From the NCBI RefSeq assembly GCF_006345805.1, contig NC_043006.1, positions 49,042,001-49,106,000 on the forward strand: DNA of 64,000 bases, in the 5' to 3' direction. This DNA is from Octopus sinensis (Eukaryota). Below the pieces are notes generated by a model, which saw only the letters and a list, made by a program, of their open reading frames with translations, was not told the DNA's origin and did not search any database. Positions 13,485 to 26,819 of this stretch are shown here, piece after piece; positions within the stretch are counted from its first letter, which is position 1, and each line of letters begins with the position of its first letter. The translations under genes and the position numbers were made by a program.

Positions 13485-14042
13485 GTTTAGAGTGATTAAG
13501 AGGAGGAGGATCCAGTAAAAGGAAATATCAAAAATAAATTGTTCCGTCAAAAAAATTTAATCCAGTTATTCTACCATGATAAATGAGTACAAGACACCAA
13601 AAACAGAAATAAAATTTCTTTCCATTTTTTTTTACCTAAGAGAAATCTCAACCAGGAGCAAAGCAACAACAGCAGATATTGGAAGTGAGAGAAGTCATGT
13701 GACTAATTATCATCATATACAATTAGTACCACCTAATACAAATTAGAAAAAAAAAAGAATTTTCAATGAATAATGATTTCACATTTTGGAACAAAGCCAG
13801 GAATTTTGGGGGAAGGGAGAATGTCGGTTACATCGATCCCAGTTACTCTATTGGTACTTATTTGACTGAACCCTGAAAAGATAAAAGGCAAAGTTAACCT
13901 TGGCAGTATTTGAACTCAGAAAGTGAAGATGAACAAAATGCCGATAAGCATTTTGCCTAGTGTGCTAATGATTCTGCCAACTTGCCACATTTTTTAATGA
14001 ATAATGCTAATGAAAATAACTTGAAAATCTTAATGCATCTTC

Positions 14043-14335
14043 ATGCGTCTGTGTGTGTGTGTGTGCATGTCTATATGCACATGTGTATGTGTGCGCATGC
14101 ATTTGTATGTGTGTGTGTGTGTGTGTGTGCGTCTGTCTGTATGTGTGTGTCTGCTTGTCTGTATGTGTGTGTCTGTGTGTCTGTATGTGTGTGCGTCTGT
14201 CTGTATGTGTCCGTGTGCTTGTCTGTATGTGTCTGTCAGTCTGTAAGTATGTGCGTCTGTATGTATGTGTGTGTGCATGCGTATGCCTGTGTATGCATCT
14301 ATGTGTATCTGTGTGTGCATGTGTATGTGTGTGTA
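14043..14335. repeat. Degenerate (TG)n microsatellite
   Basis: Direct inspection. Confidence 0.9.
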
Positions 14336-14544
14336 ATGCCTAAAAAAGGAGATAACCATATTGTGGAAAACTGAGACCAACCAACACACCCACCCATCAC
14401 CACTTTAATTCCCACCCACCTGCCCACCCACTTGCCATTAAAAGAGATATGGTCTCTCCATCCTGCTGAGCGACACTCTACGCAGAAAGGAACCAGAGAG
14501 GAAACTTAGAACTGACCCATATTGCCATGCTAAAGAACACTCAC

Positions 14545-14634
14545 CATTTTTAGCCATCTTCCAACAAAATTTATTCAAGATTATACAACTTCACTTGCCA
14601 CTTCCACTTTCTGCTTCAAGGAATAACAAATATT
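14545..14634 (-). CDS. Candidate start-codon exon (5'UTR plus MAKN, phase 1)
   Basis: Minus strand GGAAGATGGCTAAAAATG|GTGAGT: ATG at 14557 in AAGATGG context, consensus donor, in-frame TGA upstream. Possible acceptor cgcttttag at 14635. CpG is locally more frequent (about 8 in 14460-15000) than in the flanks. Confidence 0.4.
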
Positions 14635-15225
14635 CTAAAAGCGTTATTAAATGTTCCAATAAGAATCAACTAACCACCGGGACAAGATGAGTTAAAACAG
14701 GCTAACTTTACAGGATAAGACTTACACAATAAATACACACACACACACACACACATGCATAGTGCATAGTCTTGATTGCCAGAAGACAGCAACACTTATG
14801 TTCCTGACACCAAACAACATTAACTGGCCGAGTTAAATTACAAGACATCACAAACACATAACAATAACAAAACTGAGAGATTCTAAAGAGACAGTAGCGC
14901 TTATTGTCTTTTAACTAAAGATATCACAACAGCAAATGTTTCTCTGGTTTTTTATTTCAAGTTATCACGCCAGCCATTTAGTGCTTAACCGAGAACAAAA
15001 AAAAAAAAAGAAATAACCAAAAGAAAAAGAAAAAAGAAAGAAGGAAAGAAAGAAAGAAGAAATAGAAAAAAAAATTGCATCTCTCTCTCTCAAGTTATCT
15101 TTGTCTGGCAGAGGTTATTTAAGGAGAAATGTTTCCTCAAAATGGTTTCCATGAAAATCTTTTGGAGTTCTGTGACAAATGTGTTAAGAACTTATTTGAT
15201 AAAAAAAAAAAATAAAACAGTAGGC

Positions 15226-15590
15226 ATAGACATGGCTGTAGGGTTAAGAAGCTTGCTTTCCAACAATGTGGTTTCAGGGTCAGGTCACACAATGTGACAC
15301 CTTGGGCAAGTGTGATCTATTATAGCTTCAGACCAACCAATATCAGCAAGAAGACTGATAGAAAAAGTACCAGGTGCTAAAAAAAAAAAAGAACTGGGGT
15401 TAATTCATTCGACTAAAAAAATCCTTCAAGATGGTGCTCCAGCATGGCCACAGTCTAATGACTGAAACAAATAAAAAAGATAAATGATATAGTAGAAGAC
15501 ACATGCCCAAGGTGCTGTGCAGTGGAATTGAACCTGAAGCTACATGATTGCAACCACACAGCTTTTCAACCACACAGCAAGCTTATGCAT
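15226..15590. mobile_element. SINE family A fragments (plus copy 15226-15485, minus head 15490-15590)
   Basis: Family A similarity. Confidence 0.7.
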
Positions 15591-15847
15591 ATTGCTTGTT
15601 AACCAACCAGGAAAAAAAAAATAGGAGTCACAGATCTATGACACATACACATATAGGCAGGATCATATACAACGTGCATGATACATATCAACACTTGACA
15701 CAGATAATGAATCTATCACATTAAACATCAAATATGTTGATTAAATTTTAGAAATCAAGAACAATGTTTTGATGCAAACAAATTATCAAATTATTAAAAT
15801 ATTTAATGAAAAAAAGTTATTGATAAAAAAAATTATTAATATTGACG

Positions 15848-16014
15848 TAAGAATGGCTGTGTGGTAAGTAGCTTGCTTACCAACCACATGGTTCCAGGTT
15901 CAGTCTCACTGTGTGGCACCTTGGACAAGTGTCTTTTACTATAGCCTCGGGTCGACCAAAGCCTTGTGAGTGGATTTGGTAGACGGAAACTGAAAGAAGC
16001 CCGTTGTATATATG

Positions 16015-16111
<97 letters not shown>

Positions 16112-16342
16112 ATATATATATATATGTATGTGTGTATGTTTGTGTGCCTGTGTTTGTTCCCCCCAACATCATTTGACAACCAATGCTGGTGTGTTTATAT
16201 CCCCATCACTTAACAGTTCGGCAAAAGAGATCCAATAGAATAAGTACTAGGCTTACAAAGAATAAGTCCTGGGGTCGATTTGCTCGACTAAAGGCGGTGC
16301 TCCAGCATGGCCACAGTCAACTGACTGAAACAAGTAAAAGAA
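15848..16342 (+). mobile_element. SINE family A, full length
   Basis: Near-consensus copy with long (TA)n core. Confidence 0.9.
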
Positions 16343-16686
16343 ACGACAAAGGTAGAAGGAGCAGGAACATCAGCCACACTGTTTTAACAATTAACCTATT
16401 AGTCACGATTACAGAAAATGCACGCGCACACACACACACACACACACACATACTCAATAAACATTATAATTGAATTGATGATCAATATAACAACAAACAG
16501 AAGAGATAAAAGAAATGTCTCTAACGTTGAAAACTCATCAATAGCAAACATGATTCAGTATAAAGCAGAAGAAAATAATGTGGTGATAAAGTAACTAACA
16601 ACGTAAGAAACAAAAGTCAAAAATAAATAGTATTAAAATGATAGGGTTCTCCTTCCTACCACAATAATAATAATAATAATAATAAT

Positions 16687-17063
16687 GCCCTGATGCAGTA
16701 CCAGACAGTGGCTCTCGTGGCTTCTGATCTTAACTGATTGGAAGTGTTATCATGTACATTGTTTTGTCTTGGTATAAAAGATGGGCTACAGCAAATATTC
16801 TGCTCAATACCACAGATTTGCTTGTCAGTTGTTTGACCTTAACCAGTTGAGCATGTCCCTTAGTGGCTGAGGATATGTGCATCTCTGATCATGAGCAGAA
16901 GTAGTGGGGGAGCATCATAGCCATGTGTTGAGAGGGATTCTTTGGGGTTTGAATAATTCACCTCTGGAAACATGGGTGTTTCGTTCAACATCTTTAAACA
17001 ACCCTTATTCAGGGACCTTTTGAGCGTGATGGGTTACTTGACCAGAAGAAAATTCTAACTGGG
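16687..17063. mobile_element. Probable retroelement fragment beginning in an (AAT)n array
   Basis: Unique sequence of higher GC abutting (AAT)n; ends in aattctaactggg, which is also the start of 29701-29886. Confidence 0.45.
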
Positions 17064-18072
17064 CACGCTAATGATTCTGATGGCTTACCATCTTAACTAA
17101 TAACAAAAAATAATAAGGAGAATGATTTCAAATTTTGGCACAAGGCTGGAAAAAATTCAGGGCAGGGATAAGTCTACTGCATCGACCCCAGTACTCAGCT
17201 GGTACTTATTTAATCAACTTTGGCAGAATTTGAACTCAGAACATAAGAAATGGACAAAATACAGCTAAGTATTTTTCCAGGCGTGCTAACGATTCTGTCA
17301 GCATGCCGCCACCTTAAATGATAATAAAAATAATAATAATAATAATAATAAAATAAATAAATAAATGTTATGAAATCAATAGAAGACCAAGATTTGGTTA
17401 TCAGGAAAATTCTAGACAAAGAGATTGAAATCAATAACTTAGGCTAGCTGAATTACAGAACTGCCACAATTATTACCAAAAAAACAAAAGAGAGAGGGGG
17501 GGTAGGAAATGGTAACTAGCATATTGTTGGCAAGAAATTTTTAAAAAATACAAACCAATAATATTGGCATGAAAAAGAAGGGGGAAAAAAGACAGAAGAA
17601 AATTGGTCTAAGAAAAAAAAAAAGAGCTTTGAACTCATTGAAATGGATGGGCACTCAGAGGGGAAAGAAAATAAGTGAAATGATTCTCTACAAACGATAA
17701 AAGATTTCAAAAACAAAAGACAAATTAAGAGAAATAATATATGCATTATCATAGAGAATAAAATACTATTGGAAGTGGAAGGGGAGGCAATTCTCATATG
17801 AATACAGTATGGCTTCCAATCGGAGCAGCAGCAAAGAGGATCAACAAACAACAGCACAAGAAAAACATAGGCCAAGGCATGACTGCGTGGTTAAGACATT
17901 CACCTTGAAACCACACCAGTTCAGGTTCAGTCTCACCTTGGGCAAGAGTCTTTCAATATAACTGATCAATGCCTTGTGAGTGAACTTACTAGACGGAAAC
18001 TATGTGGAAGCTCATCGAGTAGGTGTGTATAAATATAAATTAACCCTGTTTATATATCTGCTATACAGTTTA

Positions 18073-18370
18073 CATGTGGTGGCGCAATGGCCCAGTGGTT
18101 AGGGCAGCGGACTCGCGGTTTCGATTCCCAGACCGGGCGTTGTGCGTGTTTATTGAGCAGAAACACCTAAGTTCCATGAGGCTCCGGCAGGGGGGGGGGC
18201 ACCCCTGTTGTACTCTTTCGCCTCAACTTTCTCTCACTCTTCCTTCCTGTTCCTTGAGTAACGCTGCGATGGACTGGCGTTCCGTCCAGTTGGGGGGAAC
18301 ACATACACCATAGAAACCAGGAAACTGGGCCCATAAGCCTGGCTAGGCTTGAAAAGAGTGCAAAGAAAGA
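18073..18370 (+). mobile_element. SINE family C (tRNA-like head, V-domain-like CTGCGATGGACTGGCG...GTCCAG core)
   Basis: Box A TGGCCCAGTGG, box B-like GGTTTCGATTCCC; near-identical minus copy at 46965-47266. Confidence 0.8.
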
Positions 18371-18699
18371 ATATAGTTTACATATATATCATATCATGAT
18401 ACTGTGTGAACTGAGATCTTCGTTGAGAGGCCCCTGATACTAAATAAAGTGTTAACATATACAGTATTTAAATTAGTAGCTATAGTACTCTGTAGCTACC
18501 AGAAATGTTGAGTATATAAATCGATTGGCTGCTTGTTTCTCTGAGATTGGTCAAATTGATACAGATACCTCTGATGAGAGTCCAATAAGGCTTGAAAATA
18601 GATTAAGCAGTTCATTTTTTCCAATCAATGGAGAAACAGCTAAATTAGCCTTGTTTATATATCTACTATATAGGTTTTATATATTCTTTTATTATTATA

Positions 18700-19245
18700 C
18701 CTTGTTGCACTCATTTGACTGTGGCCATGCTGGAGCACCACCTTAAAGGGTTTTAGTCAAAGAAATTGACCCCAGGACTTATTCTTTGTAAGCCTGGTAC
18801 TTATTCTATCGGTTTCTTTTGCTGAACCAACATCAGTTATCAAGCGACGGCAGGAGACAAACACAGACATACATACACAAATAGATATATATATATATAT
18901 AAAATTAAATAATGAGGGTAGAAATTAATATTATAAATTAATATTAATTTAAACCAGTGGCTAGCATACATAAAAATACTTTAAAAATGTCCGAGAATTA
19001 TGAATTATATTACATATATAAATAAGAGCATATTAGAAATCTACCTTGGTGGCTATTCCTCTTATATATATTTATATATATATATATACATATATATATA
19101 CAATACGTTTCTTTCAGTTTCAGTCTACCAAATACAGCCCAAGACTATAGAAAAAGACACTTGCCTAAAGTGCCACACAGTAGGACTGAACCCGGAACCA
19201 TATGGTTGGGAAGCTAGCTTCTTATCACACAGCCACTCCTGTGCA
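18700..19245 (-). mobile_element. SINE family A with an AT-rich insert in its (TA)n core
   Basis: Tail 18700-18880, head 19087-19245, insert 18901-19072. Confidence 0.75.
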
Positions 19246-20494
19246 TATATATAAATACAGGTCAAGACAGTCTCGTAACTTGCCTGAAGACCCCATACAC
19301 CTAGAGGCAAAACTGAGTAACAAGAGATTAACTTGACCAAAATATCAATATTATTAATCTCTACCATTAGTATCCAGTACTCTTTCTTCAGATAGTTAAC
19401 ACAAAATTAAGTAGTGAGTTTTTTTTTTTTTTTGTTTTTTTGTATCCCAATAATCAAACTTAAAAATTAGTACTGAGGTGGATTTCTTTAACTTAAACAC
19501 CTCAAGGCTGCCCCCACAAGGCCGAATGACTGAAACAAGTAACGGAATAAAAAAACAGAAGACATTTACTGAGAAGAACAAGGCTATATTCCACTCTGCT
19601 GCATGTTAACCTATGTACACAGAAATAAAAATAAATCACTTTGTTATCATTGTTAAAAGGCAACCCATATTAAATTATTCCACCTCAAAAGTCAAATCAA
19701 TCCCAGGTAACCAAAACACTTTTACGAAAAGAGCTGGAACTTAGTTACAATTACTTAGAGATAAAAATATCTAGAATAATACTAAATGCAATGGAGGTGA
19801 TAGTAAATTAAAAGGAGCTATAATCACATACCCCCCTGAATAAGATACCAGGCTAATACATACAAAGAATACAGCAATGTTGGGAACAGCAGATAAATCT
19901 CTAACTACAGAGAAGTACTGTCTATTTATGTACAACAGTATGTTCTCAAATAACTATAAGCATGTAAAACAATCACATAACTATAATATATATATATCTA
20001 TATATACATACTCAAGTACATCGTATAATCATAAAAAAATATTTATATATATAAACTGCTCTTCATACAATAAGCTTATGTAGCTCTGTTATATAAATAT
20101 ATATATATATATATTATAATAATAATGATAATAATAATAATTTGAATGTTGACTTTCAGAGCAATTTAGTACTGAAGTGAAAACAGTGCTAGAGAAAACT
20201 GATAGCTATGATAATAATTTGAACCTAGGGATGTAACTAAATACAAGGCATATTTTTGTTATGATAAACTACCAATCCTTCCAGCCACTGGCCTAATGAT
20301 GCTGCTGATGATGATCCTTTCTATCATAGGCACAGGGCGTGAAATTTCGAAGGGAAAAGTAAGTCAATTACATCGACCCCAGTGCTTGACTGGTACTCGT
20401 TTTATGAACCCTGAAAAGATGAAAGGCAAAGTTGACCTCATTGGGATTCGAACCCAGAATGTACAGATGAAATGCAGCTGAGCATTTCGTCCAG

Positions 20495-20794
20495 TGTACT
20501 CTTTTACTTGTTTCAGTCATTTGACTGCTGTCATGCTGGAGCACCGCCTTTAGTCGAGCAAGTAAGCCTAGTACTTATTCTATCGGTCTCTTTTGCCGAA
20601 CCGCTAAGTTCTAACATGACTGATGCTTAACTAAACTGAGCACATGTACTCTTTTACTTGTTTCAGTCATTTGATTGCAGCCATGCTGGAGCACCGCTTT
20701 TAGTCAAGCAAGTAAGCCTAGTGCTTATTCTATCGGTCTCTTTTGCCAAACCGCTAAGTTCTAACATGACTGATGCTTAACTAAACTGAGCACA
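20495..20794 (-). repeat. Tandem duplication of 150 bp (deleted SINE-A tail plus unique flank)
   Basis: Units 20495-20644 and 20645-20794 share the same internal deletion; about 7 substitutions. Confidence 0.9.
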
Positions 20795-21129
20795 GTAGTT
20801 CTGATACAGCATAACCACAACAGATATGATTGTGACTGTAATGCAATAATCAATTATTCAACGACGCTGAGAAAGATCAACTTACATATATAAATTTTTG
20901 AAAATATGTTCATTAGCCTTTTTAATATCAAACGGACCATGAAACATAAATAAAGAGCTAAGTTCAGCTCTAATTGGTCAGTATATATAGAGTTACAACT
21001 GAGTAAATTCACCTCAAATAGGTCTTTTTCAAAGAAGCAACCAGAGTGAAGAGAGGTGAGTATATATAAGCAGAAGGATGAAATGTTTGAATGTATGTAA
21101 GTATAAGTCTCTATGATTGAATGTATATA

Positions 21130-21722
21130 TACTCTTTACTCTTTTACTTGTTTCAGTCATTTGACCGCGGCCATGCCGGAGCACCGCCTTTAGTCGAGGA
21201 AATCGACCCCCAGGACTTATTCTTTGTAAGCCTACCACTTATTCTATCAGTCTCTTTTGCCGAACCGCTAAGTTAGGGGGACGTAAACACACCAACATCA
21301 TTTGTCAAGCGATGTTGGTAGGGACAAACACAAACACATATATACATATATACGACGGGCTTCTTTCAGTTTCTGTCTACCAAATCCACTCACAAGGCTT
21401 TGGTTGGCCCGAGGCTATAGTAGAAGACACTTGCCCAAGGTGCCACGCAGTGGGACTGAACACGGAACTATGTGGTTGGTAAGCAAGCTACTTACCACAC
21501 AGCCCCTATATAAGTATGTGTGCATTTTATCTTGACGACCGGTGTTAGTTTGTTTACATCCTCATAACCTAATGGTTTGGTGAAAGAGACTGATAGTATA
21601 AGTGCCAGACTTTAAAAAAAAAATTTAATAAATACTGGAGGTTGATTTGTATTGATTTAACACTTTAAGGTAGTGCCCCAGCATGGCCACAGTTAATGAC
21701 CAAAACCAGTTAAAACATAACT
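21130..21722. mobile_element. SINE family A full minus copy (21130-21507) plus diverged plus-strand 3' half (21525-21722)
   Basis: Family A similarity in opposite orientations. Confidence 0.85.
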
Positions 21723-23117
21723 GATAGAACACACACAAGCAACTGTAACAACAATTCAACAGACACTACTGTTTTACACTTAGTTTTACATGACTGACCC
21801 TTCCCTTAGAATGACTAGACAAACCCCTATTATCATCATACACCAGATGCTGGTCGGGGTCAGTTCATCTGCTTTTCTTCCCTTCTTCCTACTTTAAGCT
21901 GCCCCCATCCCAACCCCTGACTTCACAATTCAAAACTACTTGGTTTACTTTGCTTTACAGTGAAAAATAGGGGTAAAAAGAAGAACAACAATAACAACAA
22001 GGAAAATAGAAAGGGGACAATAAAAGGGACAGCTTTTAAAGAGGGACACAGACATATTAGCAAGCTACAACTGTTATAGACTATTCCCTATTCCACAGCT
22101 GGATAAATTTATCTTTTTCAGTTGTCAAGCCCTCTTTTGTTGCTGGTGATTCTTTGGGATAGAAGCAGTAACCAGGTCATGTAATTTTGTGTTGGGATTA
22201 TTCTCCAGAATACCATCTCCATCACCACCCTGCCCCACAAAAGCACACTGCCTCAGTATCATCACAAACGCCACCACTACCACCCGCACTATCATTATCA
22301 CAATATCACCACCAACACCAGTGGAGCCATCACCAACACTGCATTATCACATCCGATATCAACACTACAATCATTACATGTTAGATGCTTTTCTTGATGG
22401 CATGGGTTAGATGGTATAAGGTCACTTAAGTGACTAGTTAGTAATAGCAGCGGAATCTTAAACTGCCATAACAAGAGGAAGGACACATTTGATAATGTAA
22501 TCTAAAGAGAATGGTCAGGGCTTGGATGCATTTGACCATAGGGTTGACCTGTGGCTAAGCAACAACAACATATGATTACCACTGCCACCACCAACACATC
22601 AAGCATTACCAGCCAAATAAGGAGCCTTTTATGCAGTCATTCAACCTGCTAGAAATAGCAGGTAAACTGATATTCATGTGTTTAAATGTGTTAAGAGAAT
22701 AAATATATTTTGTCTGAATTTGAAGTGAATAAATATATTTTGTGTACACATGGAAACATTGCTTCACTTTGTTTCAGAATGAAAATGTGATTACAAAATC
22801 CAAATGAATTATTTTTATGAACAAGATCCAAATAAAAATATAAGCATACACACAAAATATTACAGTAGTTGTACATTCCCAATCTTAATTTGATTAATTG
22901 TTTGGTCAATCAATCAAGCAAACAATTAGTTAATTGATTAAATGGTTAACTAACTGACTAATCATCATCATCATTTCATGTCTGATTTTCCTGTTGGCAT
23001 GGGTTGGACAGTTTGACATGAGCTGATTATCTTATATGGTATCTAATATACCTTTATTCACCTCTGTTGCTCAAATGCATGCCATTGGCCACTTATTTCT
23101 CTTAGCTTATTTTCATT

Positions 23118-23150
<33 letters not shown>

Positions 23151-23153
23151 GGC

Positions 23154-23235
<82 letters not shown>

Positions 23236-23237
<2 letters not shown>

Positions 23238-23615
23238 GAGTGGCTGTGTGGTAAGTAGCTTGCTAACCAATCACATGGTTCCGGGTTCAGTCCCACTGCG
23301 TGGCATCTGGGCAAGTGTCTTCTGCTATAGCCTCAGGCCGACCAAAGCCTTGTGAGTGGATTTGGTAGACGGAAACTCAAAGAAGCCTGTCGTATATATG
23401 TGTGTGTGTATATGTTTGTGTGTCTGTATTTGTCCCTCTGGCATTGCTTGACAACAGATGCTGGTGTGTTTACGTCCCCGTCACCTAGCGGTTCGGCAAA
23501 AGAGAACGATAGAATAAGTACTGGGCTTACAAAGAATAAGTCCCGGGGTCAATTTGCTCGACTAAAGGCGGTGCTCCAGCATGGCCGCAGTCAAATGACT
23601 GAAACAAGTAAGAAG
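23236..23615 (+). mobile_element. SINE family A, full length
   Basis: Near-consensus. Confidence 0.9.
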
Positions 23616-23861
23616 AAAAAAAAAGAAAAAATATATATAAAGACAAGACGTGCTTTTATCTGTTTCTTCTCAAAGCTTGTTTTTCCAGCGTTCACCATTT
23701 CACATCGTCTTGACTTAACAGCCCTCACCGTTTGTTTTTACTGTTTTGTTCTTGCTGTCCTGTTTTTGTTACTACTTTCACCCTCCGCAAAAAAATCCCA
23801 AAATTTATTTAATTTGCTTTACGGGGAGGACTGTTTTAATGAAGTCGCGTCTTGTCCCTAC

Positions 23862-23925
23862 CTTCGAAATACGGAGTAGATAAAACAGGGGACAATTGAT
23901 GAAAGGAATATTCTTTATGTTGCAT
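23862..23925 (-). CDS. Weak candidate alternative start exon (MQHKEYSFHQLSPVLSTPYFE+G, phase 1)
   Basis: gacATG at 23925, open to GAAG|GTAGGG. Lies in a small CpG-retaining unique patch (about 23640-23960). Could be chance. Confidence 0.22.
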
Positions 23926-24081
23926 GTCTCATTTCTCTGGGGTTTTTTCCGTTGTTCAAAAGAAGTTTTTTTTCTATGTTTTTGTTTTGTATGTTCTTGT
24001 TTCTCATTGTCCTGTACCCATATATGCATGTATATATACATATATACGTAGGTATGTACATATATGTATGTATATATGCAT

Positions 24082-24270
24082 CATGTAAAAAGCACCCACT
24101 ACACTCACGGAGTGGTTGGCGTTAGGAAGGGCATCCAGCCGTAGAAACACTGCCAAATCTGACTGGGCCTGATGAAGCCTTCCGGCTTCAAAGACCCCAG
24201 TTAAACAGTCCAACCCATGCTAGCATGGAAAACGGACACTAAATGATGATGATGATGATGATGATGATAT
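24082..24270 (+). mobile_element. RTE 3'UTR fragment with (GAT)n tail
   Basis: Closely similar to 25050-25229. Confidence 0.8.
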
Positions 24271-24302
24271 ATATATATATCATATATGATATATATATAT
24301 AT

Positions 24303-25229
24303 CGGCTGCGCTGGTAGGTCTGTGACGAGAATGGCTGAAGATAGTTGTGTGCAAAAGTGCTACACCCTAGCAGTTGAGGGAACCTGTGGAAGAGGTAGAC
24401 CCAGGAAACCTGGGACGAGGTGGTGAAGCACGACCTTCGAACTTTAGGTCTCACCAAGGAAATGACTGAAGACCGAGTCCTATGGAAGTGTGCTGTGCAT
24501 GAGAGGACCCGGCAGGACTAGTCAGGCCATATCCGTGGCCCCTACCTGGGGGACGTAGTCGATCCACCTGTGCATACCTCCTTCTTGTGACACTTGTGAA
24601 TTGAAGACTGCTGAGGCAGTGAAAATCAATCAAAATAGATGAACATCAATGGAATTTGTATCTTTGTGGTACCAGTGCCTGTGGCACAAAGAAAACCATC
24701 CGAACGTGGCCGTAGCCAGTACCGCATCGACTGGCCTCCGTGCTGTGGGCACGTAACAAGCACCATCCGATCGTGGCCGTTTGCCAGCCTCATAAAAACA
24801 CCATCCGAGCGTGGCCGTCTGCCAGCCTCGTATGGCACCTTTGTTGTCGGTGGCAACATAAAAAACACCATCCGAGCGTGGCCGTCTGCCAGCCTCGTCT
24901 GGACACCTGTGTCGGTGGCACATAAAAACACCATCCGAGCGTGGCCGTATGCCAGCCTCGTCTGGCACCTGTGTCGGTGGCACATAAAAAAACACCATCC
25001 GAGCGTGGCCGTTTGCCAGCCTCGTCTGGCACCTGTGTCGGTGGCACATAAAATCACCCACTACACTCTCGGAGTGGTTGGCGTTAGGAAGGGCATCCAG
25101 CTGTAGAAAACACTGCCAGATCTGACTGGACTGGTGCAGCTTTCGGGCTCCCCAGACCCCAGTTGAACCGTCCAACCCATGCTAGCATGGAAAGCGGACG
25201 TTAATTGATGATGATGATGATGATGATGA
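24303..25229 (+). mobile_element. 5'-truncated RTE-clade LINE: ORF C-terminus, 3'UTR with tandem repeats, (GAT)n tail
   Basis: Frameshift-corrected translation RLRW-G-VTRMAEDSCVQKCYTLAVEGTCGRGRPRK-WDEVVKHDLRTLGLTKEMTEDRVLWKCAV matches the RLRWxGH...GRPxxxW C-terminal pattern of RTE ORFs. Ends ...gcatggaaagcggacgttaattgatgatgat. Confidence 0.8.
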
Positions 25230-26293
25230 TATATATATATAGTATAAAGTTAACATGGGCAGATCATTGATAACGTAAGATATTCATGAAGGTGCAGTTA
25301 TCTTTAAAATGACTAATGATGATATCGGGTATTACTTCTTCAGGTCACCGTTAGTAGAATTAGAAATTTGAAGTCCTTGGTACAGTATTATATATTTGGA
25401 AAAAAAAGTGACTTTTCAGATAATTTTTTTCTGCTTTAATGGTTACAAATCATTAGATGTTAACAAATCAAATTGTGAGTCTGCTTTCCTTTCAGTGATC
25501 AGAGGTTGTTTGATATTAAAAAAGAAAAAAAATAATTAAAAAATGGGTCTTTGGTTTGGGAACGACTTTCTTGCTGAATTGCAATTTTCAAACTGTTTTT
25601 TTTTTTTTGTTTTTTATTGGTATCAGAGGTCCTTAACTAATAGTCTTAGTTTCTGTCCTGGTGTTGTTAGGGCTGATGCAAAGCTACACATACATAGACA
25701 CACACACATTCACGTGTTCATATTCATACACACACACAACACACACACATAATATTTGTTAATATCTAATAATTTGTGAACATCTAAACATTAAATTGGA
25801 AAATAAAAAAATTAATAGAAATGTCATTCTTATTTGTTTTTTTCAAGTGTATAATATTGTACCAAGGACTTTCTATTTTGATTCTATTAAGCAAACTACA
25901 ACATACACACACACACACACATATATATATGTAGATAGATAGATAGGTAGATAGATAGATAGGTAGATAGATAGATAGGTAGATAGATAGATAGATAGAT
26001 AGGTAGGTAGGTAGTAGGTAGATAGGTAGACAGACAGACAGATAGATAGACAGATAGATAGATACACAGATAGATAGACAGGCAGGCAGACATATATATA
26101 TATATAGAGAGAGAGAGAGAGGGGGAGGGGGAGGGGGGAGAGAGGAGAGAGAGTGAGAGGTGGGGGTCAATTTTAGTTTCAAGTGTTTAAGTGGATATAT
26201 ATAACCATTATATGTTACCATTAAACCCAATTTTTTCAAAATTTTTTCTAAACTGCTCTCTGGTAAACATTTTGCATTATAATTGTATTTCAT

Positions 26294-26327
<34 letters not shown>

Positions 26328-26640
26328 CAGTACTATCATCATCATATGCACACATTGAACCACATCCGACTACTAAATTTACTTACAATAGATTTAACAC
26401 AGCTATGTCTTCCAGCCAGGACCTCCTAGCTCAAATACTGAACCTCTAAAACAGGAAGCATTAAAAGCAAGAACAGAAGGGATTAAGGAAAGGGGGAAGG
26501 CTAAATAATTATAAAATTTAAAATATTGGTAGACTTGAAATATAAATAAAATATATAAAATAAAATAAATAAATAAATAAATAAATGCTAATTCAGAAAT
26601 ATGACCTTGACATCATTATACATCAATAAGGAATTGGGGA

Positions 26641-26677
<37 letters not shown>

Positions 26678-26819
26678 TGTGTGTATGTGTGTCCCAGATT
26701 TCTGCTACACAAAGAGAGGGAGGAAAACAAAGAGAGAGAGAGGTATGAGAGTAAAAGAAAGGAAAAAGAAAAAATTAAGAGGGGAGGAGGAGAAAAAAAA
26801 AAGCAAGAGGAAACTGAGT

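Noticed and set aside
13192-13518. Periodic IWTPKGHMDSQRSYGLPKV protein
   Set aside because: Artefact of a 19-bp minisatellite inside a hAT MITE.
23352-23879. 175-aa ORF and recurrent ORFs such as MSGFGRRKLKEA and RFARLKAVLQHG
   Set aside because: SINE family A read-through.
24165-24200. CTGATGA-AGCC-ttcc-GGCT second hammerhead-like motif
   Set aside because: No GAAA after stem II, and other copies of this RTE 3'UTR read ctggtgcagc here.
24626-25175. Overlapping 143-181 aa ORFs; repeat array superficially CRISPR-like
   Set aside because: Tandem units in an RTE 3'UTR with no unique spacers and no cas genes; eukaryotic context.
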